Counted from the whole stretch's first letter, positions 1 through 13,422 are shown. The stretch: DNA of 62,873 bases, filler included, from Hyphochytrium catenoides (GCA_900088475.1; 11 parts of 11 records of this genome joined end to end with filler, not necessarily neighbours in it), one strand, 5' to 3'. The notes: generated by a model from the letters alone, not told the origin. Program-made: numbers and translations.

Positions 1-428
1 GAGAGAGAGAGAGAGAGAGAGAGACCAAGAGAGAGAGAGAGAGGATATTTACATCTACGACTTTTCTCTCTTTCTCCCTCCTTCTCTCTCGCTTACTCTG
101 TCTCTATCTATCTGTCCAAGCTCATTTTTCAAAAAAATCGGTAGTATCTTTTATTTGAATGATTTAAAAAGAGACAGTCTCTCTCTTGGCACTCGACCCT
201 TTGCCCTGCCGAGAGCAAGCGAGCGGCATAATAGGCAGAGTGAGAAGAGAAAGGGTTGGGAGAAGAGAGAGAGAGAGAGATGTCGCCGGGGCTGCGCCTT
301 GGCCTAGAAATGGCCTTTAAAAATTTAGTCCGTCCCACTGACATGCAGAGAGAGGGAAAGAGAGAGAGAGAGAGAGCCTAAGACAAGCATTCTCTGACAT
401 CCTTCAGCTAGCTGGGGAGACCTCTACT

Positions 429-534
429 CTAAGCGGTGACCGTGAGACGGATGGGCTGCAAGAGAGAGGGAATAAAAGGAGTTTGATGTCAGACTTTCCA
501 CAGAGGCATATTGCAAACGGTCTGTCTGTACAAG

Positions 535-569
<35 letters not shown>

Positions 570-2344
570 CTCTCGTACCTTGGAGAACCAGTCGAGTCTT
601 CCTTGGATCACGCGGCCGTTGCTCTCAAACCTCCTGTGAGACAGATTGAAGGAAGCATAAGGAACAGGATGGGATTGACAGAGAGAATGCAAGAGAGAGA
701 GAGAGGGTGTGTGTGTGCTCAATAAGGCTGGAGAAGACCAAGAGAGAGAGAGAGAGAGAGAGCGGCAGCAGGCTTACCAGTTAGGATCAGTTCTGACATG
801 GGCGAGGTGGGACTGAGGTCCAACTCCTGCTAGATCGTACTGCTTGTTGGGCGTCTTTCCCCAGTCCTAGAGGAGAAGGAGGGAGAGAGAGACCGAGGAA
901 AGAATGTGAGAAGAGACAAGAGACAATGAGAGACAGGAAAAAATAAAATTAAACAACGGAGAGAGATACGCATCAAAGGACTTGAAGAGGAGTCGTTGAT
1001 GGGATCTAATCAGAGGGAGTAGAGAGGGAGAGAGAGAGAGGGGGAGAGCGACAGAGAGAGAGAGAGAGAGGGAACAGAGAGAGAGAAGGGCTACCTGATC
1101 TACACGAGCGCGCGCGTAGACAAGATATTCTCCCGCGGGCAGGGAAGGAACCTTGTCCGTGAAGAGCGCATCGTAAGGCTTGGCCTGGCGATCAACTGTA
1201 GGCTGGGACAGCCATCTAAACAGAGAGAGAGTGAGTGTGAGANNNNNNNNNNNNNNNNNNNNNNNNNNNNNNNNNNNNNNNNNNNNNNNNNNNNNNAAAG
1301 AGAGAGTCTCATAGAGTCCAAAAAGCGCGAGTCAAAGAGGCAGCTGCAGAAGAAGAAAAACGAACCTTGTGGCCTTCTGCTGGTTTGGAGTCGAGGCGAC
1401 GGGCGTGCCTTCAACGTCTTCCGCCTTAGGCCAGAAGGAAGCTAAGAAAGCATGTTAGCGAGAGAAGAGAGAGGGAAAGAGAGAGAGGTATATAGAGAGA
1501 GAGAGACAGAAAGATGGGTGTGTCAAGGGAACGTAAAGGCGTTGGCCGCGCAATAAGGGTGTGGGAGACGCAGAATCTTCAAGGGACAAAACGCAATGAG
1601 TAAAAGAGAGAGAGAGAGAGAGATGGAGAGAGAGAGAGAGAGCAAAAGAGAGAGCAAACGAGAGACTCGGTTACGTACTTCTGTTCCCAGCTTTGTCTAG
1701 CTTGTACACCTGGAGATTGGACTCATCAACCTTCAAAGCGCCTGACACTTCCCAGGCCAGGTCCAGAGGAGCGCCTGCCTTCATCTGACAGGAGACGCGG
1801 CCAAAGGCGCTGCCCGCGTCAGGAGAGAGAGAGCATGAACCAGAGTTGACCATCCAGACGACGTAAGGCTGCACAATATCGAGTGTAAAGAGGGCCAGTC
1901 TGCAGATAGAGAGACAGAAATGAAGAGGGAGAGAGAGACATAGCGACGGTAGAGACAAAGAGACGGGCAGTCGGCAAAAAGAGAGAGGAAGAGAAAGAGA
2001 GAGAGAGAGAGCAAGAGAGAGTAGGAGGCAAGTTAGGGTTAGCTCTCCCTCTTCAGGCTTCTTGCCGTGCGTCGAGCACTAGGCTTCGTCCATTCAGATA
2101 TGACCAATTCATCCTTCCTCTGATCTAGACTTTCTCTCTCTTCCTCTTCCCCAATTCATTTCCTCTCTCTTTCTCTTACCTGACATTTCTGTTAACATGT
2201 CCCATGCCCTTGGAGTCTCTCTTCAAAAGCTCTTCGTCAGTGCCCAGGTTTGAAGGATTCTTTGACCGAGAAGTCTCAATCAGGACGTTCAGAGCCCGCA
2301 GCGTGCCATTGTTATAGCTGTATATTAGGGTAGAACAGCAGGGG

Positions 2345-2377
<33 letters not shown>

Positions 2378-3641
2378 GAGGTCAAGAAGTGCGGTAGGGC
2401 TACAGGAGCTAGGGAGCCGTGCAGCAGAGGTTGGCAGGAGGAACAACGCTACTCTTGGGTGAGAGTGTGTCTCTAGGAAAGAGAGAAGGGGGAGAGAGAG
2501 AGAGAGAGAGAGGGAAGAGAGAGAGGAAGAAAGAGAAAGTAGAGAGAGAAAGCTATGGAAAAATGCTTCTTCCAATGCCTTACATTGTTCTGGACTCAGG
2601 ATAGCCACCGTAGGTGGTAGGCTTGCACTTAGGAATGACGTTCTTCTTAGTCACTGCAGGTTCCCAAGATCCTGCGTAGGCCCAATCTGCAAGAGAGAAA
2701 GAGAGAGATACAAAAAGAGAGAGAGAGAGAAGAGAGAAAATGCGTGTGAGAGAGAGAGGAAGACAGCATGAGATTCAGGAAAGACAAAAAAGTAAAANNN
2801 NNNNNNNNNNNNNNNNNNNNNNNNNNNNNNNNNNNNNNNNNNNNNNNNNNNNNNNNNNNNNNNNNNNNNAGAGAGAGAGAGAGAGGGAGTGCGAGAGAGA
2901 CAGACGAAAGTCAGTGTTGGGTGGTTGCCCAGAGAGATTGTTTTCTTCTTCTGTTGGGTATGCAGAGCGACAGACATTGAGACAGAGTGAGAGAGACACA
3001 GAAAGAGAGAGAGAGAGCGGGAGAGAAAGATGCAGGGGGAGAGACTGAGAAAGAGACAGAGGAAGAATAGGACAAACCATACCGGTACTTGGCCCTGTAG
3101 GATAGTAAGTCTGTGGGAGCAAGAGAGGGATTGTGAGCTCCAGATAAAGAGAGCTAGGTGGAAGGGAAAAGGAGAGAGAGAGACAACCAGACGGATAGGG
3201 AGAAAGATAGAAGAGACAGAGCAGAACCACAATCAGAGAGAGAGAGAGGAGAGAGAGAGAGAGCGAGAGAGAGAGACAAAAGAAACAAGCCTTACATTCT
3301 GTCCATCTCTAAGCGGTCCTGCGTACTGGGATTGCACGCCAGTGAGAGCTGCCATCATGTTGTCATCCGGAGAGACAGAGTCAAAGGATGCGTGGTTGGG
3401 AGAGCCCCACTCATAGGCCGCCGCCTGGGAGAGAAATAACGAGGGAGAGAGAGAGAGAGCGAGAGAGAAAGAGATAGTGAGAGAGAGGTTGAGGACAAAG
3501 GAAGCTAGGATGCGGGAGAGGTAAGGAAGAGAATCTCACCACAATGCCGCCATGGAAGGTGATAGCGACTTGGAACATGTGCTCTCTCCAGAGCTCATTC
3601 ACAGCGCGGGCCGTGATTGATTGCATGCACTCCGAGGCTGC

Positions 3642-3672
<31 letters not shown>

Positions 3673-3722
3673 TAGCAGATCGAGTCAGCACAAGGGCAGG
3701 AAGACAAAAAGGTATCAGGTTG

Positions 3723-3798
<76 letters not shown>

Positions 3799-3941
3799 AA
3801 GAAAGAAGAGAGACTTACGACTGGACTGGAGGTATGGGAAGTCACGGTTCGGGTCCACGCCATTCTCCTCTCTTACGAACTGCAGTAAAGAAGAGGCACA
3901 AACCGAGTAAGCTTTACATACTCATTATGATCTTTCTCTCT

Positions 3942-3973
<32 letters not shown>

Positions 3974-4339
3974 CTTTCTTTCTCTCTTCTCCGTAGCGCC
4001 GCTGTTGTCTCCTTGTTTTCTCTCTTGAAGCCTTCACCTGTGAGTATCCAAGGGCGTTGGTTGTGGGCATCATATAGATGGCGCGCTCATTCACGAGCGT
4101 CTGGAGCCAGGGATTCGGGGAATTTGATGCCATGTTCTCAGCCAGGAGGATAGCCTAGAGAGAGAGAGAGAGAGAGAGAGGGAGAAAGAGAGAGAGGGAG
4201 AGTAAGCGAGAATTTTCCAAGTAAATCCACCGCGTAATGCTACCGAAGGAAACTCATAGGCAACCAGCCGCAAACAAGACCAAAGAGGTCAAATGCTATT
4301 TTTCTCTCTCACGTCGTCTCCCCGCCTCTGTACCTTCTG

Positions 4340-4378
<39 letters not shown>

Positions 4379-4695
4379 TCTCTCTCTCCCTCTCTCAAGC
4401 AGACATATCTCACAGGATCTCTTACCAGTTCGGTCAGAGTGGGGGGACCGACGCGCTCGTCTCCGTGCAGGCAGCCACTGAAGAAAACCTTAACATGGCG
4501 AGAGAGAGGCGAGAAGACAAGCGGAAGAGGAAAAAAGTTATGAGTGTGAGTCCAAGAGAGAGAAAGNNNNNNNNNNNNNNNNNNNNNNNNNNNNNNNNNN
4601 NNNNNCACCCATTGCTCGCAGTCAACACTGGCACCGTTTACATCTACCAAGAACGAAGGAGAGGGTCAGATGTCTCCTTTCTTTCTCTCTCTCTG

Positions 4696-4730
<35 letters not shown>

Positions 4731-4949
4731 TTCTCTCTTACTGCAAGAGCGTCATTCCTTCCCGCTCTCTTTCTCCCCCCTCTTTCTCTGTATCTCCTTC
4801 TTCTCGTTCGGCTGGAAAGATTACCTTTGCATTTTCCCGGAGAGGGAAGACCATAACGCTTTTGGGCAGAGAAGACCTAGGGGACCAACTGTCAAGATCA
4901 AACTAACGCGAAGAGAGATCTCAGGGGGAGGGAGAGAGAGAGAGAGAGA

Positions 4950-4985
<36 letters not shown>

Positions 4986-5279
4986 AGCTCTTGCCAGAAG
5001 CAAAGAAGAGAAGAAATGGAAAAGAAAAGAGGGAGAGTAAAAGGAATAAAGAGAGAGACAGAGAAATTAAAAGGGAGAGAGAGACGAAGAGAGAGAGAGA
5101 GAGGACGAGAGAGAGAAAGGTACCTCAACATAGTCGGGATACTTCTGATTGAGTTTCTGAAGGACGTCAACGATCTCTCCGTAGCTTCTGTACTTATAGT
5201 TGATCAGCCCGAGCGCTTCGTCCGCCAGCAGGGACAGAACCAACACAGAGAGAGAGAGAACAGGAGAGAGAGACAACAT
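429..5279 (-). CDS. Secreted M14-family zinc carboxypeptidase, ~16 exons, with internal N gaps
   Basis: Signal-peptide-like start MLSLSPVLSLSVLVLSLLADEALG, then GT-AG exons in order: YRSYGEIVDVLQKL, VFSAQKRYGLPSPGKCK (4876-4825), VFFSGCLHGDERVG (HxxE Zn ligands), MPTTNALGY, REENGVDPNRDFPY, AITFHGG (third Zn ligand), YEWGSPNH, DWAYAGSW, LIETS (catalytic Glu), C-terminal domain ending PIRLTVTA-TAG at 431-429. Confidence 0.9.
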
Positions 5280-5489
5280 TCTTCCTCTCTCTCTCTTTCT
5301 TTTTGTCTTACTGCTTTCTACTCTCTCGGCCCAGACGATGATGTGGGAGGAGGCTCAGGAGGAGAGGGAAAACTGAAAAGTGATGAGGAAGGGAAGGAGT
5401 TGGGAGAAGAAGAACTTGCCTTTGGAGACTAGATAGAAGAGGAGAGACAGAATGCGGGAAAGGAGACTACCGATGGGGAAAGATGGAAA

Positions 5490-5553
<64 letters not shown>

Positions 5554-6211
5554 AAGTGGCCGTCCCCTTGATTCTACCATGATCCTCGGTGACAGAAGAA
5601 GAGAAAGAGAGGACAAAGAGAGAGATAGAAGCAAGAGAGAGGGAGAGATAGAGAAGAGAGAGAGGGAGAAAAGAGAGAGAAAGAGAGAGTTGAAGAGGAG
5701 CGTTAGCGCGCGCGGTCATCAGACGATCTGTGGCTGAGCGTGATTGGACGCGGCGGCCCTTCGACAGCGATCTTGCCTTGTATTTATTCTTTAGCAGAGG
5801 AGACAGAGCCAAACTGGAGAGGAAGAGAAGGAGAGAAGAAGTACATGGAGAGAGATGTAAGAGAGAGAATATTGAAAAGAGTGAGAGGAGAATGAAGAAA
5901 AGATGTAGAAGATTCACTTTGCTCGGCTGCTCGGCCTCCCCATTCTGTCTTCTTCAATAACGGACGGGCGAGAGGAGACTGAGCGGCCAGCAAAGGAGAA
6001 AGAGAGAAGAAGAGAGAAGGCAAAAGATAGAAACTTAAAAGGAGAGAGAGAAAGAGAGAGGGAAAGAGAAAGAGAAAGAGAGAAAGAAGGAGAGCTCATC
6101 ACTCATGCTCCTCCTTCTGTGAAATTGTTGAAAGGTTATTCTCTCTTCTAATTCATATCGTCACATATGCTGTCTCCCTCCGTTCATTGCTTTCAAAACT
6201 CTCTCTCTCTT

Positions 6212-6244
<33 letters not shown>

Positions 6245-6746
6245 TTCCTTTCAGAAGCTCAGGTTTGTCTCGAACCACAGGAAAGAAGCACTCTAGTTAA
6301 TGCAACCAGGAGAGACCAGCACTCTCTCTCTCTCTTCTCTCTTTCTCTCGCTCTTTTCTTCTGTTCATCGTCGCTTCCCATGACGGGCATAAGCTCATCA
6401 GAACCATCAAGTTCCTTATCTTAGGGCGCCTGACGGCAACCAAACAAGAGAATGACCGCACAAGCTTCTCTCTTCGTTTCTATCCAGGCGGAGAGGAGAG
6501 AGAGACCGAGAGAGAGAGAGAGAGTAGAGGGAAAACACGGAGGGAGAGAGGGAGAGAGAGAGGGAGAGAGAGAGAGAGAATGACCAGAACACGTCCCCGC
6601 CGCTCTGATTGTGTCTCTGACTGTCGCGCCTCAGAGATAGAACCTCAAAGGCACCGCAGAATAAAGCAGATAAAGAAGAACTGCCCGATAATGGAGTGGC
6701 CGCCTCCTTCTCTCTCTCTCTCTCTCTCTTTCTCTCCCACCACCCT

Positions 6747-6779
<33 letters not shown>

Positions 6780-7843
6780 CCGTCCCCCGTCCTGTGTATC
6801 TTCAACATTTCTGACCGACTAGACACCATCTGAACCTGCTGGCGGCTCTGTCTCCTGTTCTCTCTCTCTCTCTCCTCTGTCTGTCCCTTAGGTTCTCTTT
6901 CTCTTTCTCCTCCAAAACGAGCTCTTCCTCTTCTCTTTTCTCTTCTTTCCCCTAAGATCTCTCTCGCGGTTCTTTTTTTTTTTTCGCTCTTTTGTTCCTC
7001 GTTTTTCTCTCTCTTCCTCTCTTTCTCTCTCTCTCTCTTTGTTGTCTCTCTGTCTTCTGTCTCTCTCTCTCTCTCTTCCTCTCGCCTCTCCCTCTTCCTC
7101 TCACCTTCTGGTCTCCAACTCTCCTCACACTTCTCTCTCTCTCACTTTCTCTCTCTGTCTGGCTCTGTCTCGCTTCCTTCTCTTCCTTCTCTTCTCTCTC
7201 ACTCTTTCTCGCAGACCTTCTCTCTGTCTCTGTGCTACATTTAGCAAGTGAGCGTGTCTTCTCTAACATATGATTTGGACCAACCAGATAACCAGAAAGA
7301 TCGTCTAAGATCTGTCCCCAAAAGTTATTCCGACCGCCCTGCATCAGCATCATCCACCGTACATATCAAGAACACAATGGCCAGTATCTCTAGCTTATCA
7401 GGAATATGCAAGGCAATTATTCTGTTTGGATGTACACCTTTTGCAATAATAATCTCTCAAAGGTTATCAAAACACAAACATTATCAGTAACATGCAGTTA
7501 TCGAACCTTCCAATACCATGGTAATCTCTCTCTAGTACGATGGGACACTACTCTATGAATATGAATTAGTTATCAAATCTTCAACTTGAAGGGTTGAAGT
7601 GAAGGGACATTCTTCTTCCAAAGATGAATGCAGAGTTTTCAAGAGTTAATGTGAGAGAGAGAGAGAGAGAGAGAGAGATGAGAGAGAGAGGAAAAGAACG
7701 AGAGAACGAGAGTGTGAGAGAGAGAGAGAGAGAGAGAGAAAGGAAGAGAGAGAGAGAGCGAGAGAGAGAGAGAGAGAGAAAGGAAGAGAGAGAGGAAGAG
7801 GGAGAAAGAGAGGAGAGGGAGGGGGGAGAGAGAGGGAGGGAGC

Positions 7844-7883
<40 letters not shown>

Positions 7884-8060
7884 AAGAGACGAGAGAGACC
7901 AGAGACCAAAGAGACACAAGAGACAAAGAGAAGGAGTTGTTTCGAGGCAGTGAGCGATACTAATGCAAGTAAGGGATCGATGTTGAAGGGCAGGGGGAGA
8001 GAGGGTCCGCAGCAGCTTCGGCGGCACCAAGCAGCACATCAGTAGCAAAGAGAGAAAGAC

Positions 8061-8101
<41 letters not shown>

Positions 8102-8345
8102 GAAGCAAATTCCTCTAGAGACGCTACAGTCACACAGTAGTCAGTCCATCCAGAGCCCAAACATCTCCTGGAACGAAGAGGCCACGACCATATCAGCGCA
8201 CACCTGGACGAGGGCTGGAAAAGACTGCCAAAGCAGAGGAAAAGAGGCCATTGGGGCCAAGAGAGAGAGAGAGAGAGAGAGAAGCACTGTAAGGGAAGAC
8301 AGCTAGCCGACAGGGCGCCCTCAAAGAGACAGACGGACAGTGCCG

Positions 8346-8664
8346 ATGGATGCTGAAAATCTACGAGTGCTCTGGCTGATGGCAGCAGATGCTTTTGGTT
8401 ATCTGAACTGCATGTCCGCCTCTTCCCATATGAGGAGGATAGAAGACTCGGCAGTGCATCCTGCCGCTGCTCCTCTCCTCTATGGCGAAAGAGGAAGAGG
8501 AGAGAGTCTCGAGGAAGACGAAGAAGAGGAAGATCTGGACCCCAAGAAGTTGGAGAAAGAGCTTGGGCGATATCTGGAGCTACTCAGCGTCGGGGTATCT
8601 AGAGAGCAGGTACCGTGTGCTTGACGGTCTCATCTTTCTCCTCTCTGTGCCTTCTTTCTTCCCT

Positions 8665-8698
<34 letters not shown>

Positions 8699-9314
8699 CT
8701 ATCTCTTTCTCTCTCTCTCTTTCTCTCTCTCACTTTTCATCGTGTGACTCTGTGTCTCTCTTTGTCTCTTTTAGTCTCTGTCCATACTACCTTCTTGCCT
8801 CCGGTCTTTCTCGGCTTCTTTCTCACCTCTCTCTGCTAGTCCTCCGATATCTCGCTCTGACTCGCTCTTGCTCTCTCGCCGTTATATTGTCGTTCTCCTG
8901 CTTCTTTGACTGTCCGGTCCTGTTCCAATCATGACTTTCTGTCTAACTCTTTGTGTGCAGGTGGAGCTGAAGATGAGGATGGATGGAGAAAACGTTGATC
9001 TTCTCGCGCGCTATCTCCGTAACAAAGCGAGACCAAGAACCAACAGCAAAACCAGGCGAAGAGAAGAGAAAGAGAAGAGGGAAACAGGAAGACAAGGGAA
9101 AGCCGGCAGCATTTTCTCTTCTCTCCCTCGGCAGCCAACCAAGCTGCTTCGCTCCATTGAGACCTTCAACCGAATGAGTTTGAGACCAGTTCAAGGAGGG
9201 AAGGAAAGCACTGAAGCGATGATCAACTTTATGCTTCTGACAAGCACCAAGCAGGGTCATCCTGGCAGCACCACCAGCAGAGCATCAAAGGCTGACGCTG
9301 CCATGGTTGCTTGA
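8346..9314 (+). CDS. Hypothetical protein with CCDC53/WASHC3 C-terminal-like motif and WH2-like motif; 5' end uncertain
   Basis: Phase-0 GT-AG intron 8610-8960 joins RYLELLSVGVSREQ|VELKMRMDGENVDLL; later LLRSIETFNRMSLRPV; stop TGA 9312-9314. Confidence 0.6.
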
Positions 9315-10897
9315 GAGGAAGAAGAAAGATTGCCCAGATCGGCGTCTGTCTCTCAGCTCTCTCCAGCTTCTGGCTGTGAATGATACGTATTTATGCGCTG
9401 TGCCCAGTCTGTCAAACTGCCACAGAGAAAGAGAGAAAGAGGCGGTGACGCAGAGAGACACTCACCCCTGCGCAGCCAAGTGAGGAGGAACAAGAAGCTG
9501 CTGCGCTTACGTCAGATCCTAAGTCATCGCCCTGTGTATCTGTGTCTCTTTGTGCCACACTGTGCACTCTGTCGTAAGCTCCTTTATCAGTCTTTCTTCT
9601 CTAGCTTGAAAGCCATTCTAGTCATTAGAGTTCTCTATGGGACGGCCATTGCCCGCTAGAAGTTCTCTAGGTAGTAAAGCTACATCGGCTGGCTAACACT
9701 GAGCTCTACCACCAAAGAAGGTTTCCCTCGTTCGGTCGTTGCCACCATCGCCATCCAAACCTCTATCTCCAGCGCCGACCTGGTCATAAACGTTAGCACT
9801 GGGCGCTGGTTTTCTTCCTTTTTTCTTTCCTCTGCTGCTGGCGATGGCAATCACAGCGAGCCTCGGTTGGCTAAGCTACGCTCTCTCTTCTCGGTTTCTC
9901 CTTTGCTTCCATCGCTCCTGCTCTTCTCTCGCTCTCGGGGTCAGCCATTGACTTTATTCATTTCAGCGTTAGACCTTGGCTCCAGCTAATAAAATAATAG
10001 CAAAGAACTTCTTCTTAGAAATTATTCCACTTTGGATGATCATGTTCATCAAGGTTCAACCCTCCAGCTATTGGACCCGGAGGGGATAGGGGTTGGTGAT
10101 GTCCATGCCGCTAGGCTAATGTTGCTACGTGACAACTACGCAGAAGCTTTATTCCGCCATATCTCTTGCCGCTAAACATGCTAGAGCAGGGACTGAAGGG
10201 TGAATCTGCGGCCTCCATCAGATGCGCATCACAGTGGACGACCTCTTTCTTCCTTCTTCATAATAAACGTCTTCAGCCACCTTTTTGCTGCTGCTGCTCT
10301 GTCCATCGGACCGCAGAAGGAGATGAGAAGCGAGTCCACCAGGACGGTGAGAGACCGCCTGTTGCTTGTGTGAGGACCAACGGTAGTGGAAGAGAAAGGG
10401 AAGAAGTGCGGAAGAAAGGAAGGATCGGTGATCGGGGAAAAGGGACAGAGACCGCGATCGCAATAATCTTCATCATCCATAGAGACATCATTATAAAAAA
10501 TCATACAGCGTTGGTCTTCATTGATTACCGTTGCTAATTGATATTTTATGGTAATCTTCACTTTACCACTACTTCTTTAGTTATCAGTTCCTGATCTTTT
10601 AGGGGTTCCTTGGTCCTTTGCGCTTGGCTTTTCAGAGATTGCGGTTGAAGCTTTGTGAAGCTTTTCCGAATTTCAGAGGTTTATTGCATAGCTTGCTACA
10701 TTTCTTAATAAGAGCTTACCGAGTATATATACTAAGTGAAGCTATATCTCTAGAAAGAAGGACTCTGATATATAGAGGAAACTTCATTAAGATAGTTAAA
10801 GGGCTCTCTGCTTGTACTTCTCCCTGTAAGGTATTGAGATCAACGGAAGGCAGTAGTCAGCGTTCGCTCCCCTTGTAAGTTCTTAGAATCAGACAAA

Positions 10898-11843
10898 ATG
10901 GCCACCGCAAGCGGCATTGATGACAGCGGACTCTACACCAATGATCTCAGCGATGCTGCGCATGTCGCGAACATGCAGCAGCAGCTTCGCGCCTTCTGGC
11001 AGCAGCAAATGCAGGAGGTAAGGCACCTTCTTTCCCATCTGTCTCTTAGCGAGACCCTCTCGTTATAACTCTCATACTACGGCCTGGACCGCATATATTC
11101 CTTGCATCTCTCTTTCCTATGTATCCGCGCTCTTCTGACAAAGAAACGATTCCTTTGTGCAGATGGAAAGGCTGGAAATTGGAAGTGAACAAGGTAACGT
11201 CAGGGGTCTTGCACTGTGCCATCAAGCACGCAAGGAGGCTAAGCAAGGATTTGCATGCTCTTCCGCCGCTTCTCTCTCCTTTCTTTTCTTTGCGTTTCTC
11301 CTCTCTCTTTACCATTTGCTGTTTTCCCTTCTCCTTCTCTTCTGGATGGCGGTCTGTCCTGTCTTCCTGAAGACTTCAAGAATCACAACGACCTGCCGTT
11401 AGCAAGGATAAAGAGGATCATGAAGTCCGACGAGGATGTCAGAATGATCAGCGCGGAAGCGCCGGTGCTCTTTGCTAAGGCTTGCGAGATGTTCATCCTG
11501 GAGCTCACTTTAAGGCACGACCTAGTGCATCTCCCCGGTCCTTCTTCTCTCTTTTCTTGGTCCGTTTTCAAACTGCTCTCTCTCTCCCTCTCCCTGTGTT
11601 ACCCTTCCGATGTCTTAGATACGCTCACAAGGGTTCTCCTAGGGAAATTCTCTTTCTCTCTCTCTCTCTCGCCGCTTCTCTCCTAGCATGGACTGACGTT
11701 GCTAGCGTTTTCTTTGCTGCCTCTATTGCAGGGCTTGGTGCTACTCTGAGAAGAATAAGAGGCGAACGCTGCAGAAGGAAGATATTCAAACGGCGATTCA
11801 GAAGACAGAGATCTTTGACTTCCTTGTGGATGTTATCCAGTGA
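10898..11843 (+). CDS. NFYC: Nuclear transcription factor Y subunit C (HAP5/CBF-C), 4 exons: 10898-11017, 11163-11193, 11373-11514, 11732-11843
   Basis: Spliced product contains [101 protein letters not shown], the NF-YC histone fold. Confidence 0.95.
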
Positions 11844-12455
11844 GCAGCCCGTCTCTCTGCCCTCTCTCTCCTAGTGCTATCTGCCTCTTTCCTCATCCTT
11901 CTTCTTTGTCCGCTCTCGTTCTCTCTATAGAGAAGTTGAGCTACATTTCCGTGGCACATTTCTCTCTTCTCTCTTTCTTTCATTCTCTTCACTGTTTCCC
12001 TTTTTCTTTCATTCTTTCTCCCTTTCTCTCTCTCTCTCTCTGTCACTCTTCCTTTTCATGCTTTGTTGCTGAGATCTGCTGTTGCTGTCCTCTGCCGCTC
12101 GGCCTTCCACTTGCTTTTTCATAGGGGAGTGTCGACAACTACAAGCTAGGAAAGGGCTGTTTCTTTCTTTGAAAAGAGAGATGTCTTCTGCCATAAATAC
12201 ATTGTCTTTCTCAGTCCTATAACACCGAACTCTCCCCTGCCTCCCTCCGCCCTGACGCTGGGCTAGGCTCATCTGACTTCAATCAATGGGAGAGACAGCA
12301 GAGAGAAAGTCGAGAGAGAGAAAGAGAGAGAGAGACCTCCATGGGGTCTCTGTCTCTTGCTGCAAACAAGCAAAGGGGGGAGATAAAGAGAGAGAGAGAG
12401 AGAGAGAGATGCCTGTTGCTCTGTTGGGCGGCCACAACGCTTTCTTAGCCATTTG

Positions 12456-13084
12456 TCAGCTGAAGAAGGAGCTGATAACTCCGAGAATGCCCTGTGCGAC
12501 AGCCGGCAGGAGGAGCTGAAGTGAGCAGAGGTATGCGTCCTTCTCTCTCTCATTTTACTCTTCTCTCGTTCACTCTCTCTCTCTCTCTCTATCCTCTCAA
12601 TTTCACTTTGTTTTTCCCTCTTTTGACAAGCTCTGTCTCACCTTCGGTTTCTCGCTGTTATGCTGTGCTTCGCTGTGCTGGATCAGTGCTGTTATGTCCG
12701 GAAACCGCGCTGAGCAGATCGGACAAATCTCTGCGCCGCTGGCACCCTAACAAGATCTCCACAGTTAGCTCTCTTCCTCTACACTTCTCTCTCAGTCTCT
12801 CTCTCTCTCTCTCTGTTCTTCTCTCCTCCCTCGCGCTCTCTCTCTCCCTCTCTCTTCCATGCCTTCCTCCTTCTCTGTCTCTCCTTCCCTAGGAGTCTCA
12901 CCCTTTTCAATTTTCACAGATGTGTCTCTCTCGCAGTTTTTTCTCTCTCTCTCCCTCTCTCTCTCCCTCTCTCTCTCTCCGCTCTCCCCACCCCCACGCC
13001 CCGCTTTCTCTCGCTTCCCGCACTGCCCTTGTACTTCTCTTCTCTCTTCTCCGTATATGCAAAACTTTTGAAGTCCACCCCTTG

Positions 13085-13120
<36 letters not shown>

Positions 13121-13383
13121 GCTGAGTTTTACTTCTCTTTCTTCTCTCTCTCTCATTTCTCGCTCTCATTTCTCGCTCTTTCTCTCCTTTCTGTCTTTTT
13201 GGCCACCATTTACCTGCTGGTTACTTGGTGCTGGTGGAGGGAGAGGAGGATGTGCTGTCTCTGCATGCTGAATGAGAGAGACAATATCAGGAAAGGAAGC
13301 GCCACACGTGGGACAGACCTCCGACCGCGTGGATGCTCTAGTTCCCTAGCGCCAACACCGGTATCAAAGAGAGAGTGGGAGAG

Positions 13384-13422
<39 letters not shown>

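Noticed and set aside
5740-5750. CCAAT box upstream of the carboxypeptidase (possible NF-Y site)
   Set aside because: A pentamer is expected by chance and the transcription start is unknown
6100-8300. Possible coding exons between the carboxypeptidase and the WH2-like gene
   Set aside because: No recognisable motifs or phase-consistent exon chain found
8304-8306. In-frame TAG between two ORFs, suggesting stop-codon reassignment
   Set aside because: Conserved genes here end normally at TAG and TGA with no internal stops; the upstream ORF shows no homology
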